Shown here piece after piece: positions 32,704 to 45,689 of a stretch of DNA of 64,000 nt. Under the pieces are notes generated by a model. The model did no database searches. It worked only from the letters and a program-made list of their open reading frames with translations, and had not been told where the DNA came from. Every line of letters begins with the position of its first letter. The stretch's first letter is position 1. The position numbers and the translations under genes are program-made. This stretch comes from Amphiscolops sp. MND2022 (Eukaryota), in the NCBI GenBank assembly GCA_964187785.1, contig OZ076409.1, positions 59,956,001 through 60,020,000 on the forward strand, written 5' to 3'.

Positions 32704-33389
32704 CGGTTATGGGACGTTACAATGGCACAATGTTTCAAAATCTTGAGTGTTTTCACCAGCGTTAAGATGAAGAATAACTTTTATTCCAGAGACTACCCTT
32801 GTTGAAACTGCTTGAACTTTTTGCATGAACCTAAATGTTGAAGCTGCCACTTTTATCATGATTCTCTAAAACTCATACGGAAACTTTCACGCGAAAATAA
32901 TTCCTTGCTGTATTCGACTTTTATCAAGTTGTTTGAAAGGTTCATCAAAACTTTGGCGGCAACATTGAGTGAGCCTAGGATTTTTGCAGGTTTCATTAAG
33001 AAGCAGTTATAATTTTAAAAGCAAATGAATTGCTGACGGTTTTACTAAAGTAAAAAATGGTATACCATTTTAATGCGAAATAACTTCATCCGCGTAATGA
33101 ACGGCAATTTAGCGTCATGTTTTGACTGTGTTCAAGTTTGAACTTGCGAAAAATATTCCGTTCCCGTTTCTTAAATTACATCTCTGAGCTTCCTAAGAGA
33201 AGGATAAAATCTAAAATTCACGACGCTAAAATTCACGAAAAATTACTCGTATGATTTGTTAAGTGAAAAAACGTGGTCCTTTCTTATTCTTGCTTGAAGC
33301 ATTTTCTTTTAGGAAATCTTGAGGTTTCATATCTGCCAATTTCTTGCAGCTTGCTTGAACCCACATAGGGAAATTTGAAGTGTACAAAC

Positions 33390-33809
33390 TAGAGGTGCAC
33401 CGGACAGAAAAATTTCCGTCCGGCCGGACAACCGGACAAGACTGATTGAAGCCGGATACCGGCCGGACCAGACATTATCCTCAATTGTAAGCGATGAAGG
33501 GCTGTTTTCAGAATTGGGCAATTAGGATTACGAAGAATTGAAAAATTACGGAAAACAAAGCAGGCTTTTACCACAGAGCGGTGAAAAACTATTTTCCCTC
33601 CGCCATAATTTAATGTTTTGAATTTTTCACAAATTCAATTTTTCGATACACATTCACTCTTTCTAAGTTAGATATTCCGAATATTTAAGATTATTATTTC
33701 AAGATAATATCCGGCCGGACATTGTAAAAAGTCCGGTCGGATACCGGGCAGGACATTTTCCTGAAATTCGGCCGGATACCGGACCGGACGTGTTGTCGGT
33801 ACACCTCTA
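33390..33809. mobile_element. hAT-superfamily MITE (420 bp)
   Basis: TIR TAGAGGTG..CCG / CGG..CACCTCTA, 8-bp TSD GTACAAAC, clustered subterminal CCGG repeats. Confidence 0.88.
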
Positions 33810-35824
33810 GTACAAACTAGATTTACTGCTAGAGTGAATCCATCCAGTTGTTGTGGGTAAACTTCCTTCTCCATTCCGTGTCGTGTTAGTTGAAAAAATC
33901 ACATCTGCAAAATTCTTGCAAAACGCTTGCAAGAAAATGCATTATTTGACACTAACTCTTACAAGATTCTTGCAAAATTTGCGGTTTTCAGCTGAAAATG
34001 GTACAGAAGATGCATAAATCATACAAAACTCTTACAAAATTTGCATCGTTCCACTAGAGGAATTTGTCGTTGCTAACCTATTAATCAGAAAAAATTATGC
34101 GAGCGATGGATGGTACTGATTTCGATTGTCATCAGAGGGATCCTCAATCCATTTCTGAAATAACTTGATTTGTCACGTTTTTTAATTTAAACAATACATG
34201 ACCGAAAACGTTTTTCTTCGTCTGTGTGAATAGGCCGTTAGAAGACACGGACGGCTCCGATGTTTAATGGGCTAACAAATAAGCCACTCGTATGAGGTAC
34301 ATGTTGAATTTTTGCAATTGAGCCCTGCGAATCTCAATTGGTTGCACAAGGGTTGCAGCTTTTGACTACGTTATCGCATCTTCTATGTAGAGATTGCACA
34401 AGATTTATATGATTCCACACGGAACATATAGTTTCATACATTTGGATGTATAGAACTATGTAATTATATGCAGAGAATTTCATGGAAATCTTGAATGTCA
34501 TGGTTCCATGCTTGTAATCGCATAGAATTTCCTTGGTGGTAGGTTCCACTTATGGAATAGCATGGAAACCTTATGAATATCGATCTGGGTAGGTCCGTTC
34601 GAAAAGTGGATGACCCTGGTAACATAGCCATTGTAGGTTGACAATTCCAGACGTTTTTTTTCTCACAGCCGTTGATTTCGAAGTTTCGTAAAACTGATAG
34701 TGTACATACAATGTATGAAGCTTTGTTAGGTCAGTGGCAGCCCTAGTTTCAACTGCAGGAACTTTTTACATGCTGAGGCCTACCTGCAGGGTAATTTTTC
34801 ATAAAACCTAGAAAATTCAGCGAACTTCTGGTGGTTACTTGTACTTCACAAAAAACTAGAAGATGCTAAATAGGTTTTAACACCCTTAGATTGTTCATAC
34901 TTTGCATTTCTTATCCTCTTTTAAAAGTAACTGTTCGGAGGAAAATAGCTTTCAACATCACAAAATTGGTCTGCGAGTTGTCTAACGAGATATATTTGTT
35001 TCCATATGAAGTATAAAAAATTGAATAGGCTTTATTTATTCCGTCAATCAAAAACTATTGATTATTGAGCTAAATAATTTGCGATCACATGAATTTTAAA
35101 TAGAACTTGAAATGCAAACAAACATTCATCTACTTACTTTACAGACAGTCCATCGAAATTATTCTTGGCTCCAACTAAGACAGCCTTGAAACCGAGACGA
35201 GGCAAGGTTTGTCATTGCAAGAAAAAGCACTTTCCCGCATCAAAAGGTTATATGTGGTCTAAACTGGTAAAATAAAAAGTCGCAACAACGGGGCATGTTT
35301 TACATCAATAGGGCCTCAATAGGGAGGGGGTAAAGAAATTAAGAAACCATTTAACAAACTCAGGAGTCCTGGGAGGTTGCAACCTGTTAGGGGATTATCG
35401 TATTACAAATCATCGGTTCATAGACTCTGATTATGGCGCAACAAACATTGTACTTCTACTACACAAGAGGTATCCCAAGATAGGTGCCTACTATTTTAGA
35501 AAAACAGTTCCATTGGATGCATTCTTCACAGTAGTCACACTTTTATCCTTGTAAACGTATCAGTCCCAAGCTGCCAGAATTTAGGACCTCCCATTACAGA
35601 TTTCAGATGTTTTTCGTCGGCACAAGTTAGTAGAAAATGAGCCCGAATCTTACAATGGCTAGTTTTTTAAGGTCCACTTTTTTGTTCATTTATTCAACAA
35701 CAACAACTTGAACGACAGACGTTCAAAATATACTCAAAACGCCAGAAACTCATCCAAACCAAAAAAACGACGTCCAAAACTTCGAAAACACACCAAGGAT
35801 CCCCCTTTGGCGTGTGTTTTTCGT

Positions 35825-36580
35825 TTAGAATAGAATAGAATAGTTTATTTATTCTAAAAGTCACGCTATAAACTAAACATTGAAGTGTTTTTTTTAAAAA
35901 AAGGACAAAAGAAGAGCTTTTCAGTTCGTCGAGTTTTTGCCCATGAGAACCAATTTGCTGTGAACAACAGCCGTCGTTTCTTATTTCTCAATAAGCTTTC
36001 AAGTTTTGTGGGAATAGAAAAAGAGTTCGATTAGTTCCTTGTCATCGATTACGTAGACTTCGTTTATGTTTCTTACAATTTTATCTGAGTACATTTGATA
36101 AACTTCGCTGTTTTAGGACCAGTCTGTTATATGTAGAAGGTAGAAGACCTTTTTGTTTTCTTCTAGTGTTGTAGTCATGACCGGCTAAATGTATCAAGGT
36201 ATACCCTGGGTGACTCGAGTCGTAATTGTTTGGAAACCTCTTCCACTACTTCGACGATGAACATTTCGTAAAAATTGAAAAATTTATGTTTCGTGTAAAC
36301 GTCTTGTAGAATGTCCCATTATCGTCGGTTGAAATTACCACTGAAAATTCTTCGCTGAACTTTATCGATAGGCTCAAGATTCGTTTTAAAAGAAGATTCA
36401 TAGTTGATGAGACCATACGTAATTACTGAGTGAGCACAAGCATAATAAAAAGGCATAGGGTCTTTTTGCGGCAAACGGTAACGGATCCTATACACTATTC
36501 CACAAAATTTATTCAGTTTTTTGAAAGATTTAAGATTGCACCAAAGGGTCACCTTAATTTTGCAACAGAATGGTTGGTAA
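35825..36580 (-). mobile_element. 5'-truncated LINE (CR1/L2-group-like) 3' fragment
   Basis: KKLNKFCGIVYRIR...ITYGLINY...KVQRRIF (RT C-terminal region), followed by AATAAA and a (TATTC)n tail. Confidence 0.75.
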
Positions 36581-36589
36581 AAAATTCGA

Positions 36590-38347
36590 AGGGTCACTTC
36601 GGACAAAAAACTTTCAATGTCTTCAAAAGGCCCCCTTCAATTTTTGTGGTTATTTTGCAACGAACCCAGAGGGTCCCTTTTACAATTTTCAGTACTTGCG
36701 CTTTTCGAGCCTTAGACATAGCGCCGACTTTAGGCGTTCCCGTCTTGTTTCTAGTCGGTGCCTTTTCCCTTAAGGAAAAAAGCCCGACTATTACAGTGGA
36801 TAGTTTTTTCTTTTTCATCTGACAATCTCACTCTGAATGGTCAACTTTTTACAATTTTCATGATTCATGAATTTTAGCAAGCAAATTTATAAATAATTGC
36901 ACAAAAGTTTACAACGTTTTTTTACATCATCTAAGAAACTTAACGGGACCAAAGGGTACTCCCTTATAGTATTTTCGGCTCTGTGAGACTTTTTTCAAAA
37001 ATTTTCAAATGTTACCAAAGGGGCCCCTTTTTGATGTTTTTTGTAACAATGTGCACATTTTGTGTCCAAAGGGTCCCCTTTCGGGTTTTTCGGCACTGTG
37101 CGATATTTCACAATGTTCTTGAAAAACACTCTGGAGCGTATTTAGTGTATTAAGTATAAATATTCACTGTTACTGATTGTTTACTGATTGCTGACGACTG
37201 TTATTGACTGTTCTTAACTGTTGTAGTTCGTTCAGGGGGCAATTGTCCCAAGCACGCCAGAACGAATGAATCCGGGTGTGGCAGACCCAACTGACCACTT
37301 GGTGATTGCTCTATTATTCTTTGGGGGTGTAGCAGTCGTCACCCTAGGAAGCAACGTCCTTCCTAGACCAAGCGCGGCTGGTCCCTTTGAGGATTTCTAG
37401 AGCTCGGGTGGCACCGTTTTGGGTCCCAACTATGCGAAGGGGGTCGGCATACTGTTTGGACGCAAAATGTTGTCACCTCATATGCCCGGCTTTTGTTCTT
37501 AAGCTTAGCGACCATCCGTGACAACTGATCTCCTCGAAAGAGAAGACGTTGTCGGGAGCTCGGGTGACCCCTCGTCAAAGTATTCTGCTTGGACGTTAGG
37601 ATCTCAAAAAATTGTTTGAAGTGTAATTGAGATCAAAGATTTTCGGCATTTTTTGAAACTATATAGAAACCCTGTAGCACTGGGGATTGATTCTAGCAGC
37701 GAATATTATTGTCCATTAGCAGATAACTTCGAAGGCCTAACTCAGTATGCTGTCGTCTGGGCCCTTTTACCAGAACGGCATCGCTGCTGAAGGGCTCCAA
37801 GGATGGTCTCTCTTCGCACCGATTTGGTGCGGAGTAGGCGTTTTCGTGTTTCAAAAATGTAAAAAAGACCACCTCTCCTTGAAATTTTTCTCCAGGATCC
37901 AAAAATCTGAGCTTAGGGGTCAGGGTTTGAGTACTATAAGACTTTTGGATTTCTGATCCTTGGATATGGCGCCGACTTGGGCCGATCCCGGCTTGATTTT
38001 TCGTCAGACCACATAGCTCACCCTGTATGTAGCACTTTTAGTACAGAGGTTTGCTGGCTTAGCGAGAACCCAGCGGCCGCTCAAAAAGAGTCCCTGCTTC
38101 TGAAAGAAACTTTTCGTGAATTTGCTAAACCGGACAAGGCTAAACGGTCCCCCCTTCCAACTTTTTTGGCACTCTAAGTCTTTTCTTTCAACATTTTAAA
38201 TGTCTTCAGAGGAACATTCATTTTTTGAATTTTTTGCCAGAAACTGGAGTTTCAAAAAGCCCAACGGGTCCCCCTTTTACATTTTTAAAAACCTAACAAT
38301 TTTTGAACCTTATATATAGCGCCGTCTTTGGCTCTTCTCGGCTTGTT
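36590..38347 (+). repeat. Cluster of copies of an interspersed non-autonomous repeat family (GGGTCCCC(T) motifs, end motif AGCGCCGACTT..G.CGTTCCCGGCTTGTT)
   Basis: End motif at ~36720-36750, 37968-37998, 38318-38347, and inverted at ~191-217; class uncertain. Confidence 0.55.
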
Positions 38348-40557
38348 GATTCAAAACGTAGTCTTTAATGACTGAAATCGGCTACATACTATAATGTGAC
38401 TCTTGAATAAAAAGTATACTACAATTAATATTCTCTATCAAACAGCAATGTGTTTGATGAATGAATTTTTGATGTTTCTAAAGATCTATCAGCATTAGAC
38501 AATTGCTGTAACAAGATATATCTAGATTTTCATTTTCTCAATCCAATTTATCTTTATCTAATAATAAAATAGTTTTTTGTTTAAAAAATCCGTTTTCAGT
38601 TTACTTCAATAAAACTTTTGATAATTGAAGGAAACGCCGAAAGTTCAAAAACATTGATGGGGTTTCAAATTGTTGTTTTGATAGAAAAACGAAGCCTCAT
38701 CACGTGAAGTAGAGTAAGGACCAGAAGCCTTTTTTTCTTCATTCAGAAATTTTCTGACGGGAAGCTTTTTACCATAGGCTTTTGTGGAACTTCATGAAGA
38801 TCTGATTTCCTGTTTCACAAATACTGCAAGACCTGTTTTGTAGAGGAAGTGAACGGCACATTTAAAGTTAATAAATAAAACTATCTGTCTTATGTTAATA
38901 TTGGATCCCTTAATTTTCGGGACTTCTTAAAACAGAAATTCCAAAATCAAACGAGTCAAACGACTGAACGCGTTTTTGCCATTTTCATCAGGTTCTAAAA
39001 AACTATCTTTCAAAAAATAACACTACAGCTTACAAGATTGTTGAATTGTACTTATCAAAACAAGATTGTTGAATCGTACTTATCAAAACATAGTCTTCAG
39101 TTAAATTTATACGCCTACGTCTGGAAATGTGAAAAATCGAACGTCTTTGAAAACGGCTTTTCTATGTTTTCTTTCAAAAGAGGAAATCTTATACCCTTTG
39201 AAAAGAATTGCTGCCGCGTTTACAATGCCAATTGTGAAAAGAACAAAAAAGCTTTAGTCCATTCGGCACTGTGAAAATTCAATGAAAACTAACAAAAATC
39301 GGTTGACGTATGTCTTTTGGAAAGAAAAAAGTACAATACACAATTTGGCGAAGTCTGTCGTTACTTTATTGACTTTTTTGTTAAACGGAAATGAATAATT
39401 AATGCTTTTGTATTGCAAAAATAAACGGCTGTTCGCCAAAACCTTTTATAAGACATTTTTGATGACAATGAATCCTTCAAGCCCAACAATGTTCTTTCGG
39501 CACTCTTTTCGGATGCTGTGTCCAACCCAGAAAACAAAGCCTGACCGATTTGAAACATTTTGCAGTGAAAGCATTTTCTACTTCTATTGTTTTCATTCAA
39601 CCATTATTCTTCACTTCAAAAAATTCTGTGTGTTAATACAAAAGTCGAAAAACTCGTATTTTGTGGGTGAGGCATAATTTTTGAGCGCACGTGAGTTGGT
39701 GATAGGCACATTTAGGTTTGAGGGGTTGCTTAGCATTAGATCTGATTAAATTTAAACATAAAAACTCTATCTGGTTTACTCTTCAACCTTGCTGAAAGAC
39801 AGCATTTCACATAAAATACTCAATTTATTTCAGTTAATTTTGTGAACAGATCAAAAGCAAATATTTTATGTGATATACTGTCACTAACCCAGGCAGAAAT
39901 TTTTGAGAGCGAACACCGGAGGTCGAAAAAGTTTCAGTCCATGGAACAAAACTTGAAAACGCGTTTGGATTGGAACAATTTGGGGCGCTTGTCTCTACCA
40001 AATTATCGGATTCAAAGTAGCTCATAAATATCCATTTAGGGGCAAACATTTTATGAAAAAAAACTTATTAGGTCTCGGTAAAGCAATAATGTTACATGGG
40101 AGAAACACACTGCTTCACAAGCCAGGTTGGCATATCACAGCACTATCGCGCCTATCGTAAAAAATCGTAGCAAAATCGTTTCAATACTGGACCTCAAACG
40201 AAGTTTCCTACCGCCAATTGTAAACCGAGTGGCAATTATGTTGCATGACTTTTCAAATGCCCTCTATTCTCTATTTCACAATAGCGTTTCTGATAACTTC
40301 GGGCACAAAATATTTTTTTCTCAATTGATAATAATAACAATTAATTGATAACTTTTGTAGTTACGAGAGTACAGCAATTCCACTTGCAAGGATTTAACAG
40401 AGTGGAAAACCTGTTAATGTCGTAAAAATTTTGATCTGTGGGTTCCAACTAACGGGTTCTAACTATCAACTAAATCAAATTTTCTTTTCGATTAGCTATT
40501 AATTTTTTTTGCTACTTGCAAGACAGTGGTGGTCCGTGGAGTGAGTTAAGCATACGG

Positions 40558-42924
40558 TGTACGAACAACAATCATACGCCAAAACACAATCATCACGCCA
40601 TTGGTAGTAGAAATCATGACATGATGACTAATGAAATTCTGCCTCGATCGGGTCGCTAATGTACACCTGAGTATTAGGAACGTCAAAATAGGTGATTTGT
40701 TGAGCATGTCTAGTGCGTGTGCTAATTGAATCACGGACATTATGCAAGCATCAATTAATGTCCAGCCAATAACAATTGAGTAAGGTAGAAGTAATTTAGG
40801 AACGTTTGATCTTGGAATACATTCGACAGCTCGTTTGCTCTTATGTAAGCGCTTATATAACCGCCATAAAGAAGGCATACTTTTGTGATGTTCTGTCATT
40901 CAAAAGTTTCTAAATTCAACGTATTTGATTCCTTTGTACTTTTCTGCGTACCACGTTCATATTTAATTGAAACTGTTGAGTTTGTCCCTTTATCAAGCTA
41001 CTTTTCATTTATTGTTTGTTTGATTTGTGTGTAAATAAGACTTCTCAGTACCGCCCGAAGCGAAAAGCGTCATAGATCGAAAAAGACGATAATTGTAAAG
41101 TCACAACGATTCCCGTTCAAGGAAATAACACAACTTTTATTCTCATTTTCTTGAATAATATTCGAGACGAAGACAAAATGCTAAACTAGAAAAAGTTACC
41201 AGTTGAAGCTCGTCATTTTTTAAAAGAACCTACAAAAAAAGAGAAACACTCCCAGAGTCGTTGCAAATCGTCAAGAAAGATAGAAGTCATTGTACCCATT
41301 TCAGCCGGAAAAAATTTGGGTTACGTTTAAGTGATAGAAATTTTTGCGATTCGAGATCGAGCAGTCGCCGATGTTCCTTCCTAATTTCTACTCATTGAGG
41401 ATGTATTGAGCGGAGCTCGACGGCAGTTAAACACGAAGGAGTTGTGGAGTTGTGGATGAGTGTACTGAAGTCTTCCAAAATGCAGTTGATCTCCATCAAA
41501 ACCTAGCACAACTGGCTTCAGAGAGAAAATTTCCTCTCAATTGGTGCCTCCATTGGAGTTGTGTTTGCAGGACATTGTCCAAAACTATGAGGATAGGATG
41601 CAAAATCAAAAATGATGATGCCACGAGGTCTCCAGCACCCACCTGATTTACGAGTGCGTCCAAAAAATCAGAAAGAGGTGAATTCCTGCGCGAGCTGCCA
41701 CATACAAGGGACGATTCACTGTCAGGAAAAAGGTCTGCAAAAAAAGGTCCTGTTTCAGTGTCAAGAAGTCTTCGCGCTGCTAGCAAGCTAAGCTGTCATT
41801 CGAATGCCGAGGCTTCCAGTCCGGTCGGTTGCATCATTGACTCCAAGCCAGCGTTAATTGGAACAACGCCTGGCTAATCTTAGGCCAGAGGAAGTTGAGC
41901 GTGAAGCAGATGCTGATTTTTTCTGGATCGGCAAAAAGCAGTTTTAGCTCGTCAATAGACTGGTTGCAAGCAAAGTTGGACATTCGGATCGCCGACTAAA
42001 ATCAACGGAAAATAGTCGCACAGGCTAGGATCGAGGAGACAGTTTTCGATAGCGGAGATGAAACTGACTTGGGAGGCAATCAACCTCGGCCCCTCTTTGC
42101 AAGTCTGTTTGCTTCTAACGAAGCGCGGACGAACGAATGGGTAAGGACCGTCGGCAAAGAACCTCGAAGAACCTCGGGGACATCTTCCAGTTTCCTTTTG
42201 AAGATCAAAGAGAGCGAGAAACATTCAACTACAGAAAAATGTTCCAGCAAGCACAAGCGTACGCAAATGTGATCACGACTCGTTAGTTTCAAGAGTATGC
42301 GCCAAGGCTGAATGTACGTCGGAAATGGATCGTCCCTAATGCAAGCCTGAAAAAAGTGGTATGGTCCGGTTGGTCAACCAAACCAACCCCCGAGGCAAAA
42401 ACCAGCTCGGACGCATTGAAAGACTTACATACAGAGCGGACGGCATTTGCCAGGTCGAGAACAGTGAGGACTAATGCAGGCCAACTAGTCCGAAACGTAA
42501 ATTGGTACCGATATTCAACGCATCTCCTTCGGAGCTGGAGGATGTTGCGTGTGTGCGCGAATTGAATCACTGACATCAGGTAAGCAGCATTTAATGTTAC
42601 GTCAATTAAAATTGAGTGACGTAGAAGTACTTGAGTGACGTTTGATCTTCAAACAATTCGACCACTCGTTTGCACTTATGTAATTGCTGACGTAACGGCC
42701 AATAAAAAACATGTCAGAAGTGTCTGACTTAAACGTATTTGAGTCGCTTGTACTTTTCTCCGTACAAAGTTAATATTTAATTGAAACATCTGAGTTTGCC
42801 TATTTATAAAGTTACTTTTCATTTATCGTTTGTTTGATTTTTGGGTGTAAACAGGACTTCTCAGTCTTGCCCAAAGAAAAAACGACCATACGCCTAAAAA
42901 GACAATACTTATAAAATTGTCACA
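40558..42924 (+). mobile_element. Relic LTR-type element: two diverged direct repeats (~40700-41105 and ~42545-42924) around decayed coding-like DNA
   Basis: Alignable blocks (AATTGAATCAC.GACAT, GTAGAAGTA, CGTTTGATCTT, CTCGTTTGC.CTTATGTAA, ending GTCACA); no TSD found and 5' limits uncertain. Confidence 0.45.
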
Positions 42925-44789
42925 CTGGTACCTTTTCAATGTACCAAATGTCAAGTACATTTTGTGTATCCGCTGGCTGAAACACCTCATTAAAGTAGCT
43001 GGAATCAGTACCAAATGATTGAGTGAGTTGAAAGTCTTTGATTTTTTCTACCCAACTGAATTGAGCTGATTTCTGGTGTCAAAAGCCAGTAGTGTCAAAA
43101 GTCTAGTGACAAAAATAATTTTCGAGGAAGTGTGATTTTTATAGATTGATCCAAATTCCTTGTATTCGTTGTCACAGAACATCTCATCACATATTATCTT
43201 GCACACAGCTTCAGTGTTCATTGAAAAAAAGTAAAATTCAAACATATTGTTCACATCAGGAAGACTGTAAAAGTGCACTGTGCCAACCCAAAGTGATTGT
43301 ACCGAATCTTTATGTGTAAAAAGCAGGAGTAAAACAGGAAGAAGTATTTTCGACATCGGATGAGCTTTTGACTTCATCATCAAAACAGCTATCGATGGAA
43401 TTATTACATGCGGTTCATTTCTTTCCATACGAAACATGACATGGTTCATCACTTTGTGTTCATCACATGGTTCCGTTCCGTGTACAGAAATGAATAGAAG
43501 CCCCATTATTGTGGGTTCGGATAACCATATGAACTAATCGGTTGCCTTTTTCGTTCAACATTGACATTATTCTAGCTAGACAATCTGGCGGACAATGTGT
43601 CTTATCCTCTCAAGCGGCCGTGGGGGGAATAAAAAGAAAGGTTTAAATGCCAATATGTCGACATTGTTTGCAAAGTTTTGGTCCAATAATATAATTGATG
43701 TCGACATAATCCTTGCTTACATTGACTGCCAGTTAAAATTGCTCATTAGGCGAACAAAATTTTTGCTAATCTGGACAATAATATTGAAAAATAGGGGTCT
43801 TTCTTTGCTGGAAGTGTCAAAACAGCTGTAAAGAGAATCCTCTAAGTATCTACATTCATATAATATTCTCTCATTAGTGAAATAATTTTTTTTCAAAAAT
43901 AAAATGGCCCTTCGTATTCGGGAAATTCGAAACAAGGTGTACCTGGGGGAAATAAAAAACATCGTCCAATTTGGCTTCAGAGTTTTTTTGCAGCCGGGAT
44001 TTTAGCGCTATGGCTATTATTGAACATTGCATTTTCAACGGCAAGAGTGAAGAATAGCGATTGAATTTTTTTGCTTTTTCAACTAACAATATTTTCGAGG
44101 GAACAAGTAGAGCTTTAAATGTAACGCAAAGAAATATAACACAATATGTTTTTACAACTCAGAAAGCTTCATCTGAAATTTTTGTTACGAAGGTTCTAAA
44201 GATGTTCAGGTTTTTTAAATCCAGGTCATAACGTATTTCTCCGAGCTTGCAACAAGTCCTTTGGCAATGACGGTAGGACAAATTGGAATTCAAAATATTC
44301 AGCCTTTTCTAATGAGGACCCCAAACTACCTCAAGGAAGTATTTTTTGCAGCCATCATTTTTCTACGGATTTGAAAAAAAAACTGTCAAAAAAGGAACAG
44401 TTTAAGGTAAAATTGTCTTTTTTGCTTGTCTTCAGGCGTATCCTTGAACACAGATGTTTCTTGCTTTTTTGATTGACAACAAATTTTTCTTAGTTTATTG
44501 CCCGTCGTTATTTTGTAGACATTTTACATTTTAATGATGTGCAGAAGACACAGCAGTTTGCAACCTGGTAACTTTATTGAGTTGAGAAAAATGAAAAAAA
44601 ATGAAAAAACATACTTTTCAATACTTCAACTCTAGTGTTCCCAGTAATCGATTTTCACTCATGACTAATGGCTTTGCCATGAGAATCATATCATGTTCTT
44701 GATGTATGAAAGGAAATATAATCTCAACAATACAAAGACGGGAAGCAAAATTCGCATATTCAAAACATTTTGCTCTTTGTAAACCTTGA

Positions 44790-45296
44790 GCACGGGCACT
44801 TGGGGGCCAGGCAAAAGCGCCCCAGACAAAAGTGCCGCGGTCAGAAGCGCTCAAAATTGGCAGTCAAAAGAGCCCTAATAATGGGCTACATGGGATTTTC
44901 TGACTCTTTTCCGCCACCAATTGTAAGTTCCGCACTCCAATTAAATAATTATGAGTTTCTCATTTTAAAAGACTGTATTGACTAATTATCCTTCAAGCAA
45001 TTATTATTTAGTTGGCAGAAATGCCAAAAAAAGGAAATTATGTTGTTTTCAATTGAAATTTGTTACGTGTGAAAATGTCAAACATTGCATTATGAGTGAA
45101 TTATAATTTTTTTTGAGCACCGTCAATTAGATTTGATTAGAGGCAATGAAATCAGCTCTAAAATTAGCGGATGCTTTGTATTGGGGCGCTTTTGACTGGG
45201 GAGCCTATGACTGTGGCGCTTTTGACTGGGGCGCTTTTGACTGGGGTGCTTATGACCGTGTAAAATGGGCGCTTATGACTGGGGAGCTTTTGTCTG
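44790..45296. repeat. MITE-like repeat with inverted arrays of a 15-bp unit (GGGGCGCTTTTGACT)
   Basis: Units at 45182-45296 and reverse-complement units at ~44805-44870; interrupted by the Gypsy insertion at GTCTG. Confidence 0.6.
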
Positions 45297-45689
45297 TGTA
45301 GAATATCAGAAAATGTATAAATAGACTGTTGATAAACAACATCATATCTCTGTTGCTATGTTTAGTTTGTTTACTAACAACTACTGAGTTTATACTCTAA
45401 AAGCTTACATCAGTATACTACATTTGCGATTAGAGTAAACGTTGATTCTCAACTCTTTTACGAAGCTTATCCTAGAGATACTTCATGGCGCTGTCAGCAA
45501 TTGAAATTTTGCAGAAGAAAAGAAACGATACAAAACAATGGAGAACGAAGACGGCAATACAACTGGACAGACCAGTAGCCAATCAATCCACAACAACACA
45601 ACAACTAGATCGGTAGAACGGACAACTACACAGAAGTTATCCATTCCGAAGCCGACCAAAACAGATTCATCTACAACCGGCAGTCGGTA

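Larger units (their letters stand above)
29113..33247 (+). repeat. Tandem duplication of a ~1.25-kb unit (copy A 29113-29126 + 30750-31991; copy B 31992-33247)
   Basis: Long near-identical sequence; duplicated small ORFs at 30790/32040 and 30977/32227. Confidence 0.92.

Noticed and set aside
42823..43506. 152-aa minus-strand ORF and its in-frame continuation
   Set aside because: No recognisable motif or supported splice structure; cannot be called a gene
45182..45296. CRISPR-like array
   Set aside because: 15-bp units are contiguous with no unique spacers; eukaryotic MITE context and no cas genes
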